DNA from: Candidatus Thorarchaeota archaeon
Lineage (GTDB): Archaea; Asgardarchaeota; Thorarchaeia; Thorarchaeales; Thorarchaeaceae
Length of the DNA stretch: 64,000 bases
Direction: 5' to 3'
NCBI GenBank assembly: GCA_020348985.1
Contig: CP070761.1
Coordinates: forward strand, 2,300,310-2,364,309
Below the pieces are notes generated by a model, which was not told the origin of the DNA, ran no database searches, and saw nothing but the letters and a program-made list of their open reading frames with translations. Every line of letters starts with the position of its first letter. The stretch's first letter is position 1. Positions 18,672 through 27,986 of the stretch are shown here, in pieces. Position numbers and translations under genes: made by a program.

Positions 18672-21497
18672 CTAGTAGTCTACTGTCGAGCCTCCCATCT
18701 CGAGCTGTGCCATCAACACTCCCACTTGTTGGAACGCCCTTTCAATGTCGCTCTTTACGTCAATGCTGTCTACTACAGACAAGTACTGCCCTTGAGGAAT
18801 GTACTCACAGATAGATTCGAGCAGCTGTTCAATTGAGATGTCCCTATGGCCTTCTACAGCTTTTCTCAGCTCCTGGCCTACCCCAATGATAATCAAGTTG
18901 ACGTCAAGGTGTTGGCCGCGAATGAAGCCTTCGATTGTGCGGGCCTTCGTACGCTTCTGCCTATCTCTTTCAGTGCGGATTCCACTGAGCAGATCAAGTG
19001 AATATGTATCAGAGCTATTGTCTTCGCCGTCTGTGAGTGCAATGACCCATCTGTGTTCACTTGATTCAATCCTGTCCAGAGACTCCAGAGCGCTCCCGAG
19101 TGCATCGTAGAATGCGGTTGCATTGTTGGGATACCTGAGCGAATCGAGAGCACGAACAATCGGACTGTCACTTGGATCGTCGTAGTGGCCTTTCAGAGTG
19201 AGAGGAAGAATTTCTCTGTAACCTGAGTTGAAGACGATGATGCTGACTTCGTCCTGAGGATTGACTTGCGAATCAAGTATCTCTTTGGCTCCTTGGACTG
19301 CAGCCTTGATTCTGTCCTGCGCTCGCATGCTGCCCGAGTAGTCAATAACGAAGATGACGCTCTTCTTGAACATTATCGAACGCCGAAGCCGTTCAGCTTC
19401 TCTTCGTACATCATGGCTGGGTTTGTCCAGTTGGTCCAGCACATCAGCTAGTTGCTGCATGGCATAGACAACCAACCAACCCTCCTCAGCTCTTTGACCG
19501 ATTCTAATTGCATCCTGGAATTCGTCTTCGGCATTCTTCCAATCATCTTGGATTACATAGAGCTCACCCATATGATAGTGTATGAATGCTTGACTTCTTT
19601 CATAATCAATCTCTTGAGCAGTCTGAAGTGCTTCTCTAAACTTCGAGAATGCTTCACTATACATGCCCTGTTCCTTTCTCACAAGACCTGTAGCATCAAA
19701 TCGCCTGGCGAGACCCTTCTTGTTGCCAATCGTTAGGTCGATGGCGGCAGCATCGTCAAGATGTCTAATGCTCTCATCGTAGTTACCATTGTCCATCTCT
19801 ACCAGTGCCATGTTGTGGTAGACGGATGCAATTCGTGACATGGCGTCACTTTCATCCGCACTCTGTTCTTTTGCTCTCTCAAGCATTTCATTCGCCATGG
19901 CCAATGACCGTTTGTAGTAGTCCATGGCGTTGCCGGGGTCTCCCCGTTGTCTGAACACGTTACCAATATTGAGGAGCATCGTCTGAATGCCGACGTCGAT
20001 ATTCAATCTCTCGCTAATCTCCAGAAGATTCTGATAGTTAGCTAGCGCACGGTTGAGATCTCCACGAATAAACGCCTGATTTCCAAATCTTACCGCCTCT
20101 TGGAAGCTAAGCAGTGCATCCACCGTGGTTCCCACTTCTTCGAACATCGCTCCAGAAGTGTGAAGCCCTCGCGTGAAGTCCTGTTGGGCCATCTTCTCTA
20201 CGAGTCTAGTCATATCCTTGATTGGCTTCACCACGGCTTGACCTCGGCTGTAGGAACCGTAGCCGACAGCCACAACGGCAAAAGCCAGAACTCCAGCGAG
20301 AATGATTGTCATTTGAAGTGTGTTCGCTTGGACAAGACTGAGGATATCATTCGCGGGTTCTACAACCTCGTCGTAGGGAACGACCACGGCTAGTACAAAT
20401 CCCGTAGTGTTGGCTGTTGAATGGGCGATGTACCAGCTCTCACCATCTTTCTGGAATTGAGAGACACCAGAAGATGTTGAGAGAACTGTACCCAATACAC
20501 TCGTGAAATCCTGTGCTTCAGAAGATGTTTCGGAGCCGAATTCGAGATCATATATGGACTGACCCTCGGTCGTGAAGTCTCTATGAGAAACGACCTGTCC
20601 GGTGTCGGTCAACAGGAACGCGTATCCGCTGTCGAGAATCTGTATGTTGGTCACTTCTGATATCATAGTGTCAAGGGTAACGTCAGCAGATACCACACCA
20701 TATAGGGAGTTGTTGTCGAAGTGGACGGGGCGCCCCATTGAAAGCACAAGTCCCGTTGATGGGTCGCCGTATGGTCCTGTGAATGCAAGCGATGTGTTGT
20801 CCATGATGCCAACAGCATTAGTGTACCAATCCTCTCGCATGTGGTCATAGTCTGTGCCATCTTCGTACCAATCCCAGAAGTACTCTAGATTGTCATAGGG
20901 ATAGTTCCTGAACAGATGAGTTGGGCTGTAGCTGGAATCAATTCCCATGTAGAGCCAGATGTAATCCTCATTCATCTGCCTGAGTGATCGATAGATATTA
21001 TCCATGTTGCTTGAAGTCTCCACGAAGTACTGGGTAGCAGGATCCAAGTCATAGGGGTCACTTGGGTTGTTGTAGAATTCACGCGGCATGTAGTAGCAAC
21101 TAACATCAAAGGAAATCTGTGTGGACTCGTAGATGTCATAGTAAGCGCTAGTCAGCCCGGGCACAGGATGCCCCTGCCCCGCTTCCAGAACCGGGTTCCA
21201 CCAATACGAATCCTGTGGTGTGGCATTCATTCGGTTGTTGAACAATGCCTCACTATAGTCTTCCATCATGAAGACGCCGTCAAAGTATTGCTGCATGCGT
21301 TCGTCAATGAACAGAGCAGTATCACCTGCAATCCTCTGCACGTTCGCGAGTTCTTCTGACTCTAGCGCTGCCGCAGAGTCGGCTGCATTGTCATTCGATA
21401 CCCCGAAAATCGTCAATCCTGAAACAGCGGATATCACAAGTATCGGTATCAATGATACTGCAACGAAGACGATCACAATACGTTTGCTAATGTCCAA
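18672..21497 (-). CDS. Membrane receptor TM-dCache-TM-HAMP-TPR-vWA
   Basis: EDWY...TGPYGDP...GVVSADV and GYAFLL Cache motifs; HAMP; about six TPRs (NIGNVFRQRGD, HNMALVEMDNGN, YHMGELY); vWA MIDAS DYSGS, T, LTDG. Confidence 0.9.
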   Translation of the reverse strand: MDISKRIVIVFVAVSLIPILVISAVSGLTIFGVSNDNAADSAAALESEELANVQRIAGDTALFIDERMQQYFDGVFMMEDYSEALFNNRMNATPQDSYWWNPVLEAGQGHPVPGLTSAYYDIYESTQISFDVSCYYMPREFYNNPSDPYDLDPATQYFVETSSNMDNIYRSLRQMNEDYIWLYMGIDSSYSPTHLFRNYPYDNLEYFWDWYEDGTDYDHMREDWYTNAVGIMDNTSLAFTGPYGDPSTGLVLSMGRPVHFDNNSLYGVVSADVTLDTMISEVTNIQILDSGYAFLLTDTGQVVSHRDFTTEGQSIYDLEFGSETSSEAQDFTSVLGTVLSTSSGVSQFQKDGESWYIAHSTANTTGFVLAVVVPYDEVVEPANDILSLVQANTLQMTIILAGVLAFAVVAVGYGSYSRGQAVVKPIKDMTRLVEKMAQQDFTRGLHTSGAMFEEVGTTVDALLSFQEAVRFGNQAFIRGDLNRALANYQNLLEISERLNIDVGIQTMLLNIGNVFRQRGDPGNAMDYYKRSLAMANEMLERAKEQSADESDAMSRIASVYHNMALVEMDNGNYDESIRHLDDAAAIDLTIGNKKGLARRFDATGLVRKEQGMYSEAFSKFREALQTAQEIDYERSQAFIHYHMGELYVIQDDWKNAEDEFQDAIRIGQRAEEGWLVVYAMQQLADVLDQLDKPSHDVRREAERLRRSIMFKKSVIFVIDYSGSMRAQDRIKAAVQGAKEILDSQVNPQDEVSIIVFNSGYREILPLTLKGHYDDPSDSPIVRALDSLRYPNNATAFYDALGSALESLDRIESSEHRWVIALTDGEDNSSDTYSLDLLSGIRTERDRQKRTKARTIEGFIRGQHLDVNLIIIGVGQELRKAVEGHRDISIEQLLESICEYIPQGQYLSVVDSIDVKSDIERAFQQVGVLMAQLEMGGSTVDY

Positions 21498-21566
21498 ACT
21501 CCTTCCTCCAGATTCTCAACTTGCGTGCTTCCGTAATTTCCAACATTTGGTCCGTAACCTCTAGTA

Positions 21567-23006
21567 TCATTGAGCTTTGAGTTCCTTCTCCAACTTCCAA
21601 ATGAATTGACTAATCTCTTGTCCGGCGTCCAAGGTGAATGTGTCCTCAGAGAAGACCCCTTCTATTTCACCTTCGCCAAGCAAGATTAGTAGGGTCCTCC
21701 TTAGGATTCGTCTGTCTATCCCAGTCTCTTTCTCAAGCCTGAGAATATCCAATGTCTCCCTTCCTTCCAGCAAATCTCGTATCGAGGCCATTGTCTTGTC
21801 GATTGTCTGCTTATTTGGCCGAGGAAGTTTCCTCTTTCTCGGCTTCTTGGTCCGGACGAAAGTACTACCATCAATGTGGCCCTCAATGGCTCCTGCCTGT
21901 ATCATCGCCTGCAGTGAGCGTCGCAGATTGTAGGCAGCCGGTCTTGGCAAGGTTCTTCGGAGAATTCGGTCTAACTCTTTCAGCTCAATGCGATGGTGCT
22001 TTGACGTTATTGAATCAATGCTTTCCTGAATGTATTCCTCAATCACGTATTCGGCGAGTACTTCGAGCTGAGCTCCACATGACTCGCATTTGGCGGCTTC
22101 AGGCGAAGCCGGTGCCCCGCAGTTTCCACACTTGATAGCACGTCGATAGACTGCGTCCTTGGTCGAGTCAATCTGCTGAAGAATCACTTGCTCAGATTTT
22201 GATGCCTTTCCTGTTTCCTGAACTTCCCAGAAGCTCAGTCTCTTATCCCGCGTGCTCACGACTAGATAGGCAACATCTGAAACATCATCAGGGATGCCCG
22301 TAGCCATTGCTTTGGGCGCCGCTTCAATATCAAGTGAAGTGATTTGATTTCCATCTATGTCCCAAATCCTGAGCACGGAAGAGTGATCACCAGTTACGAA
22401 GAGTCGTCTCTCCCCGAAAGTCAGGACGGCGAACGTTGTCAGTGCAGCTCCGAGTTGAAGATCCTTCAACTTGTATCCTGCTGCTGTCAGTATAGTGACC
22501 ACGCCCTTTCTGTCGGCAATTACAACTTCCAGTTCAGTGTCGTTTGTTATGTCCTCTAGCCAGACATCTGCGACAGGACGGTCCATGGTCCGACTGAAGA
22601 GTGCATTCTTGTCATCATTCCACAGGATTACTCGTCGATTCTGAAGAGCTACGACTACCTCGGCAGCGTCATCCCCATCTATGTCTCTAGCATCACAAGC
22701 AACAACTGAGCTTTCCAGTCCAATGTTCCATATTGGGCTTCCTTGATGGTCAACTACTAGCACCTTCTTGCCAACGCCGCCTACAAGGGAGTCCTTTCCA
22801 ACGCCCTCTACGTCGGCAACAGCAATGCATCTGACTTTGCTGCTCCACTTCCTGGTGGATCGGAGAGTTCCCCGGGCATCGTATACTCGTAGCTTATCGC
22901 TGTAGTCAAGGGAGAAAATCTGTGTTCTTGCATCAAGTCGTTGACGGACATAAACCGAGTAGACATTCGCAGAAGTAGGAACCTTCGCAACCGAGCGAAT
23001 ACGCAA
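21567..23006 (-). CDS. Beta-propeller (FG-GAP/WD-like) + double Zn ribbon + tandem PCI-like winged-helix protein
   Basis: DVEGVG, DIDGDD..EVVV, DITNDT..EVVI blades; CGNCGA...CESCGA; MIQAGAIEGHID and LLGEGEIEGVF. Confidence 0.75.
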   Translation of the reverse strand: MRIRSVAKVPTSANVYSVYVRQRLDARTQIFSLDYSDKLRVYDARGTLRSTRKWSSKVRCIAVADVEGVGKDSLVGGVGKKVLVVDHQGSPIWNIGLESSVVACDARDIDGDDAAEVVVALQNRRVILWNDDKNALFSRTMDRPVADVWLEDITNDTELEVVIADRKGVVTILTAAGYKLKDLQLGAALTTFAVLTFGERRLFVTGDHSSVLRIWDIDGNQITSLDIEAAPKAMATGIPDDVSDVAYLVVSTRDKRLSFWEVQETGKASKSEQVILQQIDSTKDAVYRRAIKCGNCGAPASPEAAKCESCGAQLEVLAEYVIEEYIQESIDSITSKHHRIELKELDRILRRTLPRPAAYNLRRSLQAMIQAGAIEGHIDGSTFVRTKKPRKRKLPRPNKQTIDKTMASIRDLLEGRETLDILRLEKETGIDRRILRRTLLILLGEGEIEGVFSEDTFTLDAGQEISQFIWKLEKELKAQ

Positions 23007-23075
23007 CTAAACAAGCACCTTGAATGTTCTTATCTTGTATATGCATATAAGTGTGCACGCGCGCCGGAGTCCGCC

Positions 23076-24158
23076 ATGAGCCAGACACCGACGAAATGTG
23101 ATGTGGGATTCATCTGGAGCTCGAGTCTTGAGAAATTCGACTTTGGTAGAAGACACCCCATCAGAGTCGGCAGGTTCCAAATGGTTCGTGACTTCTTGGA
23201 CGAGACACAGTTTCTTGAGCAGCCTAACGTCTGCGTGATTGAGCCAAAACGGATGCCTGAAGACCTATTGAGTCAGGTGCACTCTCAGACGTACTTGGAT
23301 CAGGTAAAACGGATTTCAGAAACCGGTGAGGGTGAGATCGATGTCGACACCCCTGGATTCAAAGGTATTTACGAGAACGCAAGCATCGCCTCTGGAGGAA
23401 CTGTGTCTGGCGTCAAGGCAATCCTTGATGGAAGAATCAAGCACTTTCTCTCGCCAACTGGTGGGTTTCATCATGCCATGTACGAGAGAGGCGGTGGTTT
23501 CTGTATTTTCAATGATGTCGCAGCGGCAGTCTACATGCTCAAGAGTCAAGGTGTAAACAAGATACTTGTTGCCGATTTCGATGTTCATCATGGCAACGGA
23601 ACACAGAGATACTTCTACAAAGATCCAGATGTCATGGTTATTTCATTTCACCTAGATCCAGAATGGATGTATCCTCACGACGGGTTCATTCATGATATTG
23701 GAGAAGGACCCAGTCGTGGTCACAACATAAACATGCATTTCCCAATGGACGCGGGGGACGCAGTCTATGGATTCGCTTTCGATGAAATTGTCCCACCCTT
23801 GATTGATTGGTTCCAACCTGAATTTATCCTATTCCTGCCTGGATTTGACGCCCATTACTTGGACAGACTGGCCAACATGACACTAACTACAACCATGATT
23901 CGATACGTGGCATCGGAGATCCATGATGCAGCTCACAAATGGGCTAGTGGCCGCCTAGGGGTTCTATCGGGTGGGGGGTATCATCCAGACGCGTTCAGAT
24001 GGGGAGTAGGAGAAGTCATGTCTATTCTGTCCGGACACCCCTATGATGCACCTCCTCAAGAGCCGCCGTTCGAAGATGATGAGGAAACATGGGAGATTGT
24101 TCGAAGCAATGTATCTGAGGTCAAGAGGCTCGTCTTTCCAGAGCTTGGAATCGAATGA
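23076..24158 (+). CDS. Zn-dependent histone-deacetylase/AcuC family amidohydrolase
   Basis: GGFHHA, GFCIFND, DFDVHHGNGT, GFDAH, GGGY; TATA about 26 nt upstream of ATG 23076. Confidence 0.92.
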   Translation: MSQTPTKCDVGFIWSSSLEKFDFGRRHPIRVGRFQMVRDFLDETQFLEQPNVCVIEPKRMPEDLLSQVHSQTYLDQVKRISETGEGEIDVDTPGFKGIYENASIASGGTVSGVKAILDGRIKHFLSPTGGFHHAMYERGGGFCIFNDVAAAVYMLKSQGVNKILVADFDVHHGNGTQRYFYKDPDVMVISFHLDPEWMYPHDGFIHDIGEGPSRGHNINMHFPMDAGDAVYGFAFDEIVPPLIDWFQPEFILFLPGFDAHYLDRLANMTLTTTMIRYVASEIHDAAHKWASGRLGVLSGGGYHPDAFRWGVGEVMSILSGHPYDAPPQEPPFEDDEETWEIVRSNVSEVKRLVFPELGIE

Positions 24159-24227
24159 GCATGTGTGTCACATTGAAAACGGTAATAAGCGGGTTCAATG
24201 CCAAAGCATCGCGAAGGTGGTCCGGCA

Positions 24228-25358
24228 ATGAAGGCAAGCGAAGTTCGTTCCAGTAATGAGTCTGGACAGGAAGGAGAGTCTCCCGAGTTTGTAAGAACTA
24301 GCTTGGCTGCCAGCATGACTATCGGCAAAGTCCCTGGCAAATTCTATCGCGATGCAGAGCTCTACTGCATAAATCTACTTCTGACCTATGACGAAGGGTG
24401 CCACGCAAAGTGTGCATACTGCGGACTTTCTGGTTCACGAGAGACCGAAGGAGAGTGGGTCGATAGCAGTTTCATAAGAGTTGATTGGCCCGTGTTTGCT
24501 CTGGACGACATCAAGACAGCAATTACAGACGGGACTTGTCCGCATGTAGAGAGAGTTTGTGTCTCTATGATCACCAATAGACGCGCCCGCGAAGACTGTA
24601 TCGCCGTTGTTTCGGAACTGAAAAAGGTGATTCCTCGAATCTCGGTGCTAATCACGCCTACCATTGTCACTAGAGATTGGCTCGTCCGAGTCAAGGAGGC
24701 AGGAGCTGACATGGTTGGTATCGCAGTTGACGCTGCAACCCGTGAGATATTTGACTCTCTGAGAGGCAAAGGAGTTGGCGGCCCTCACAAATGGGAAAAA
24801 TACTGGGACACCATCCGCGACTCTGTAGAAGTCTTCGGACGTTTCAATACGGGTGTTCATCTCATTGTTGGAATAGGAGAAACTGAGCAAGAGATGATCG
24901 GCACCATCCAAGAAGCTCACGACTTGGGTGCTGATACTCATCTTTTCTCATTTTTCCCCGAAGAGGGGTCAGTCATGGATCAATATCCACAACCCCCTAT
25001 TGGAGCCTATCGAAGAGTGCAGATGGCAAGGTACATTATCAACACAGAAAAAGGCAGAGCAGAGCGAATGCAATTCAATGAACATGGTCAAGTTCTCGAC
25101 TTCGGAATGGGACATGATGTTGTTGAGAACCTGCACGAATATGGTGGGGCATTCATGACATCAGGGTGTTCTGGTGAGTCGATGGACCATGCCTGCAATC
25201 GTCCATTTGGCAACTGCTCACCATATCAGGCATCAATTGGACACTGGCGCAACTTCCCGTTTCATCCTGAGGAAAGCGACCTGATTCATGTAAGGGACCA
25301 GCTTCAGGACTACTCACTTGAATACTCGGTGGATGATCAAGAATTTGACGCAGATTGA
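24228..25358 (+). CDS. lipS2: Radical SAM lipoyl synthase subunit LipS2
   Basis: CHAKCAYC; C-terminal TSGC...CNRP motif typical of LipS2; lipoate ligase context. Confidence 0.8.
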   Translation: MKASEVRSSNESGQEGESPEFVRTSLAASMTIGKVPGKFYRDAELYCINLLLTYDEGCHAKCAYCGLSGSRETEGEWVDSSFIRVDWPVFALDDIKTAITDGTCPHVERVCVSMITNRRAREDCIAVVSELKKVIPRISVLITPTIVTRDWLVRVKEAGADMVGIAVDAATREIFDSLRGKGVGGPHKWEKYWDTIRDSVEVFGRFNTGVHLIVGIGETEQEMIGTIQEAHDLGADTHLFSFFPEEGSVMDQYPQPPIGAYRRVQMARYIINTEKGRAERMQFNEHGQVLDFGMGHDVVENLHEYGGAFMTSGCSGESMDHACNRPFGNCSPYQASIGHWRNFPFHPEESDLIHVRDQLQDYSLEYSVDDQEFDAD

Positions 25359-26379
25359 AGATATCGGGCATTTGATTGATGAGTGTCTGCATGCACCCAT
25401 CGAGTCTCTAGACCCACTGTTTGAGAGGGCATTCAAGGAGGCCCGAGAGAGATTCTCCGACACGATTGCGTTTCATATGCCTGGAATGGTTCACTATGAG
25501 ACTGATTTCTACGAAGCTACCGATCCGTACAGGTTCCCAAGCTTTTCCGTCACCGGCTCTGGTTGTGCACTAAACTGTGAGCATTGTAAGGGACATCTTC
25601 TTGAATCCATGATTCCAACTCTTGCTCCAGAAATCCTGTGGGAAAAGCTTCGGGAAGTGAAGAGGAGGGGAGGGAAGGGTGCGCTTGTTAGCGGGGGGGC
25701 GACATCCAAAGGCAACACTCCTCTCATGGAATTCGTCCCCGTAATGGCAAAGGCGAAGAAAGAATTGGACCTTAACATTGTAGTACACACTGGCGTCGTC
25801 TTCCCAGAAATGGCTAGGGCGCTTGCAGATGCAGAAATCGATGGAGCTATGCTCGACGTAATTGGTTCGGCGGAGACTCTGCGAGAAGTCTACCATCTCA
25901 ATCTCAAACCCACATCTTTTGATCAATCGATGGCACTCCTCGAGGAGAATGGAGTGCCTGTTATGCCTCACATTGTAGTTGGGCTACACTTCGGGAAGCT
26001 AGTTGGAGAGGCAGAGGCCATCAAGATGATTGCCAAACATGATCCAAAGTCAATCATTGTGGTTGCATTGAAACCACTAGATGGAACGCCAATGGAACAG
26101 GTGACCCCGTCAAGTCCGACTGACATTGCTCGGGTTATCCTTGCCACAAGACTTGCAATCCCAGACAAGCCTCTGATACTTGGTTGTGCCCGGCCTCATG
26201 GAGCACATAGAAGGGAAACCGACCGGCTTGCCATTGACGCAGGTGTCAGCGGCATCGCTTATCCCACCGAAGAGGGCTATGAGCATGCTAAGGAGCGCGG
26301 CCTCTCCATTGTAATGTCGGAAGAATGCTGTTCCCTAATGGACAACGCACTGCCTTTGTTGTCACAAGGAGGCCGTTGA
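25333..26379 (+). CDS. lipS1: Radical SAM lipoyl synthase subunit LipS1
   Basis: CALNCEHC; GCARP and terminal CC motifs typical of LipS1. Confidence 0.8.
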   Translation: MIKNLTQIEDIGHLIDECLHAPIESLDPLFERAFKEARERFSDTIAFHMPGMVHYETDFYEATDPYRFPSFSVTGSGCALNCEHCKGHLLESMIPTLAPEILWEKLREVKRRGGKGALVSGGATSKGNTPLMEFVPVMAKAKKELDLNIVVHTGVVFPEMARALADAEIDGAMLDVIGSAETLREVYHLNLKPTSFDQSMALLEENGVPVMPHIVVGLHFGKLVGEAEAIKMIAKHDPKSIIVVALKPLDGTPMEQVTPSSPTDIARVILATRLAIPDKPLILGCARPHGAHRRETDRLAIDAGVSGIAYPTEEGYEHAKERGLSIVMSEECCSLMDNALPLLSQGGR

Positions 26380-27986
26380 GTTTGACTGAGTGGAGACTTC
26401 TTGATACTGGTGTTCTCACTGGCGCTCAGAACATGGCATTGGACGACGTCGTTCTTGAGTGTCGCTCTCAGAACCTTACACCCAATACACTCAGGTTTCT
26501 GCAATTCAGCCCATCCACTGCGTTGATCGGATATCATCAGTCCGTTGAACAAGAGATTAGATCAGAATATGTGAAGAGAAATGGCGTCGATGTCAACAGA
26601 AGGATTACCGGGGGCGGAGCTATCTTGTTCACACCCACCTGTCTCGGGTGGGAAGTCTTTGCCGATAAGGAATCACCTGGCATAGGGGACCTGAAGTGGG
26701 ATCTCGAAAAGCTGGCAAGAAAGGTCTGCAATGGGGCAATTGAGGGGCTCAAACGGTTGGGTGTTGATGCCGAATTCAGACCGAAAAACGACATAGAGGT
26801 CAATGGCAGGAAGATCTCAGGTACGGGCGGGACGGAGAGAGGGGACGCATTTCTGTACCAAGGAACTCTGCTTGTAGACTTCGATGTAGATCTCATGCTT
26901 CGTTCACTTCGAATTCCTGTTGAGAAACTGAAAGACAAGGAAGTCGAGAGTGTTAAGGAACGAGTCACATGGTTGAGTCGAGAGCTCAATGCTCTCCCCT
27001 CAATTGAGAAGATAAAACAAGCCTTCGTAAGGGGATTTGAGGAAGTCTTTGACATGACTCTGGTTCCTGGCGGCTTAACTGATTCCGAGAAGAAGCGGTA
27101 CAAAGAACGTCTCCCCTATTTTGAGTCGGATGATTGGATTGATCTCGTACAACGACCGAAGACCGATGCAGGTCAAGTCATGGCAGTCAGGAAGACACCT
27201 GGTGGTCTCATCAGGGTCTCCATAGCACTGGACCTTGTTGGCGACTTCATTGTAAGCTCATTCATCACTGGCGACTTCCAGGTATTTCCTCAAAGGGCCA
27301 TTCTTGATCTAGAGGCCCGGCTGAAGAATGCCCCTACGGATGAGGATTTCATCCGCCAGACGGTTGCTGAATTCTTCGAGGAGACTGGCACAAGAATACT
27401 CGGTGTAGATCCCGAGGACATCGTTCAGATAATTCTAGAAGCCATCAAAAAGAGAGAATTCGTTGAATGGGGCGTCACACTTGAGGAATCTAACCACATC
27501 ATGACTGTCAACTTCATGCCAGATGAACTGGCCTCGCAGACCTTCGACTATATCCTGTTACCTTATTGCGCGAAACTTGTCGAATGCGACTACCGTTACT
27601 TTGAAGGATGCACAACTTGTGGTGATTGCACCACGAGCGATATCTACGGACTAGCTGTCGATCTTGGCTTACCAGTCAGAACGATTCAGAACTTTGAGCA
27701 CTTGATGGAGTCGATTCAGGAGTTCAAGGAAAGGGGCGCTCGAGGTTATGTGGGTTCCTGTTGTGAGGGCTTCTATAACAAACATCACGACGACTTTGTT
27801 GAAACCGGAGTGCCAATGCTTCTCATCGATGTTGATGACTCCACGTGCTATGAACTAGGAGAGGAAAGAGAAGCATACCTCGGCGAGTTCGAAGGTCAGA
27901 CAACGCTGAAAGTAGACTTGTTTACGAAGGTTGTCAAGGTCCTCTCAGAGAAAGGAATCCTTCGTGGCGAGGTGCTATCTCATTAG
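26376..27986 (+). CDS. lplA: Lipoate:protein ligase (fused AB) with extra Cys-rich DUF116-like C-terminal domain
   Basis: NMALD, RRITGGGA, NDIEVNGRKISG, TGDF; tail LPYCAK..C..C..CGDC...GSCC; TTG start after AAGGAGG. Confidence 0.88.
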   Translation: MSLTEWRLLDTGVLTGAQNMALDDVVLECRSQNLTPNTLRFLQFSPSTALIGYHQSVEQEIRSEYVKRNGVDVNRRITGGGAILFTPTCLGWEVFADKESPGIGDLKWDLEKLARKVCNGAIEGLKRLGVDAEFRPKNDIEVNGRKISGTGGTERGDAFLYQGTLLVDFDVDLMLRSLRIPVEKLKDKEVESVKERVTWLSRELNALPSIEKIKQAFVRGFEEVFDMTLVPGGLTDSEKKRYKERLPYFESDDWIDLVQRPKTDAGQVMAVRKTPGGLIRVSIALDLVGDFIVSSFITGDFQVFPQRAILDLEARLKNAPTDEDFIRQTVAEFFEETGTRILGVDPEDIVQIILEAIKKREFVEWGVTLEESNHIMTVNFMPDELASQTFDYILLPYCAKLVECDYRYFEGCTTCGDCTTSDIYGLAVDLGLPVRTIQNFEHLMESIQEFKERGARGYVGSCCEGFYNKHHDDFVETGVPMLLIDVDDSTCYELGEEREAYLGEFEGQTTLKVDLFTKVVKVLSEKGILRGEVLSH

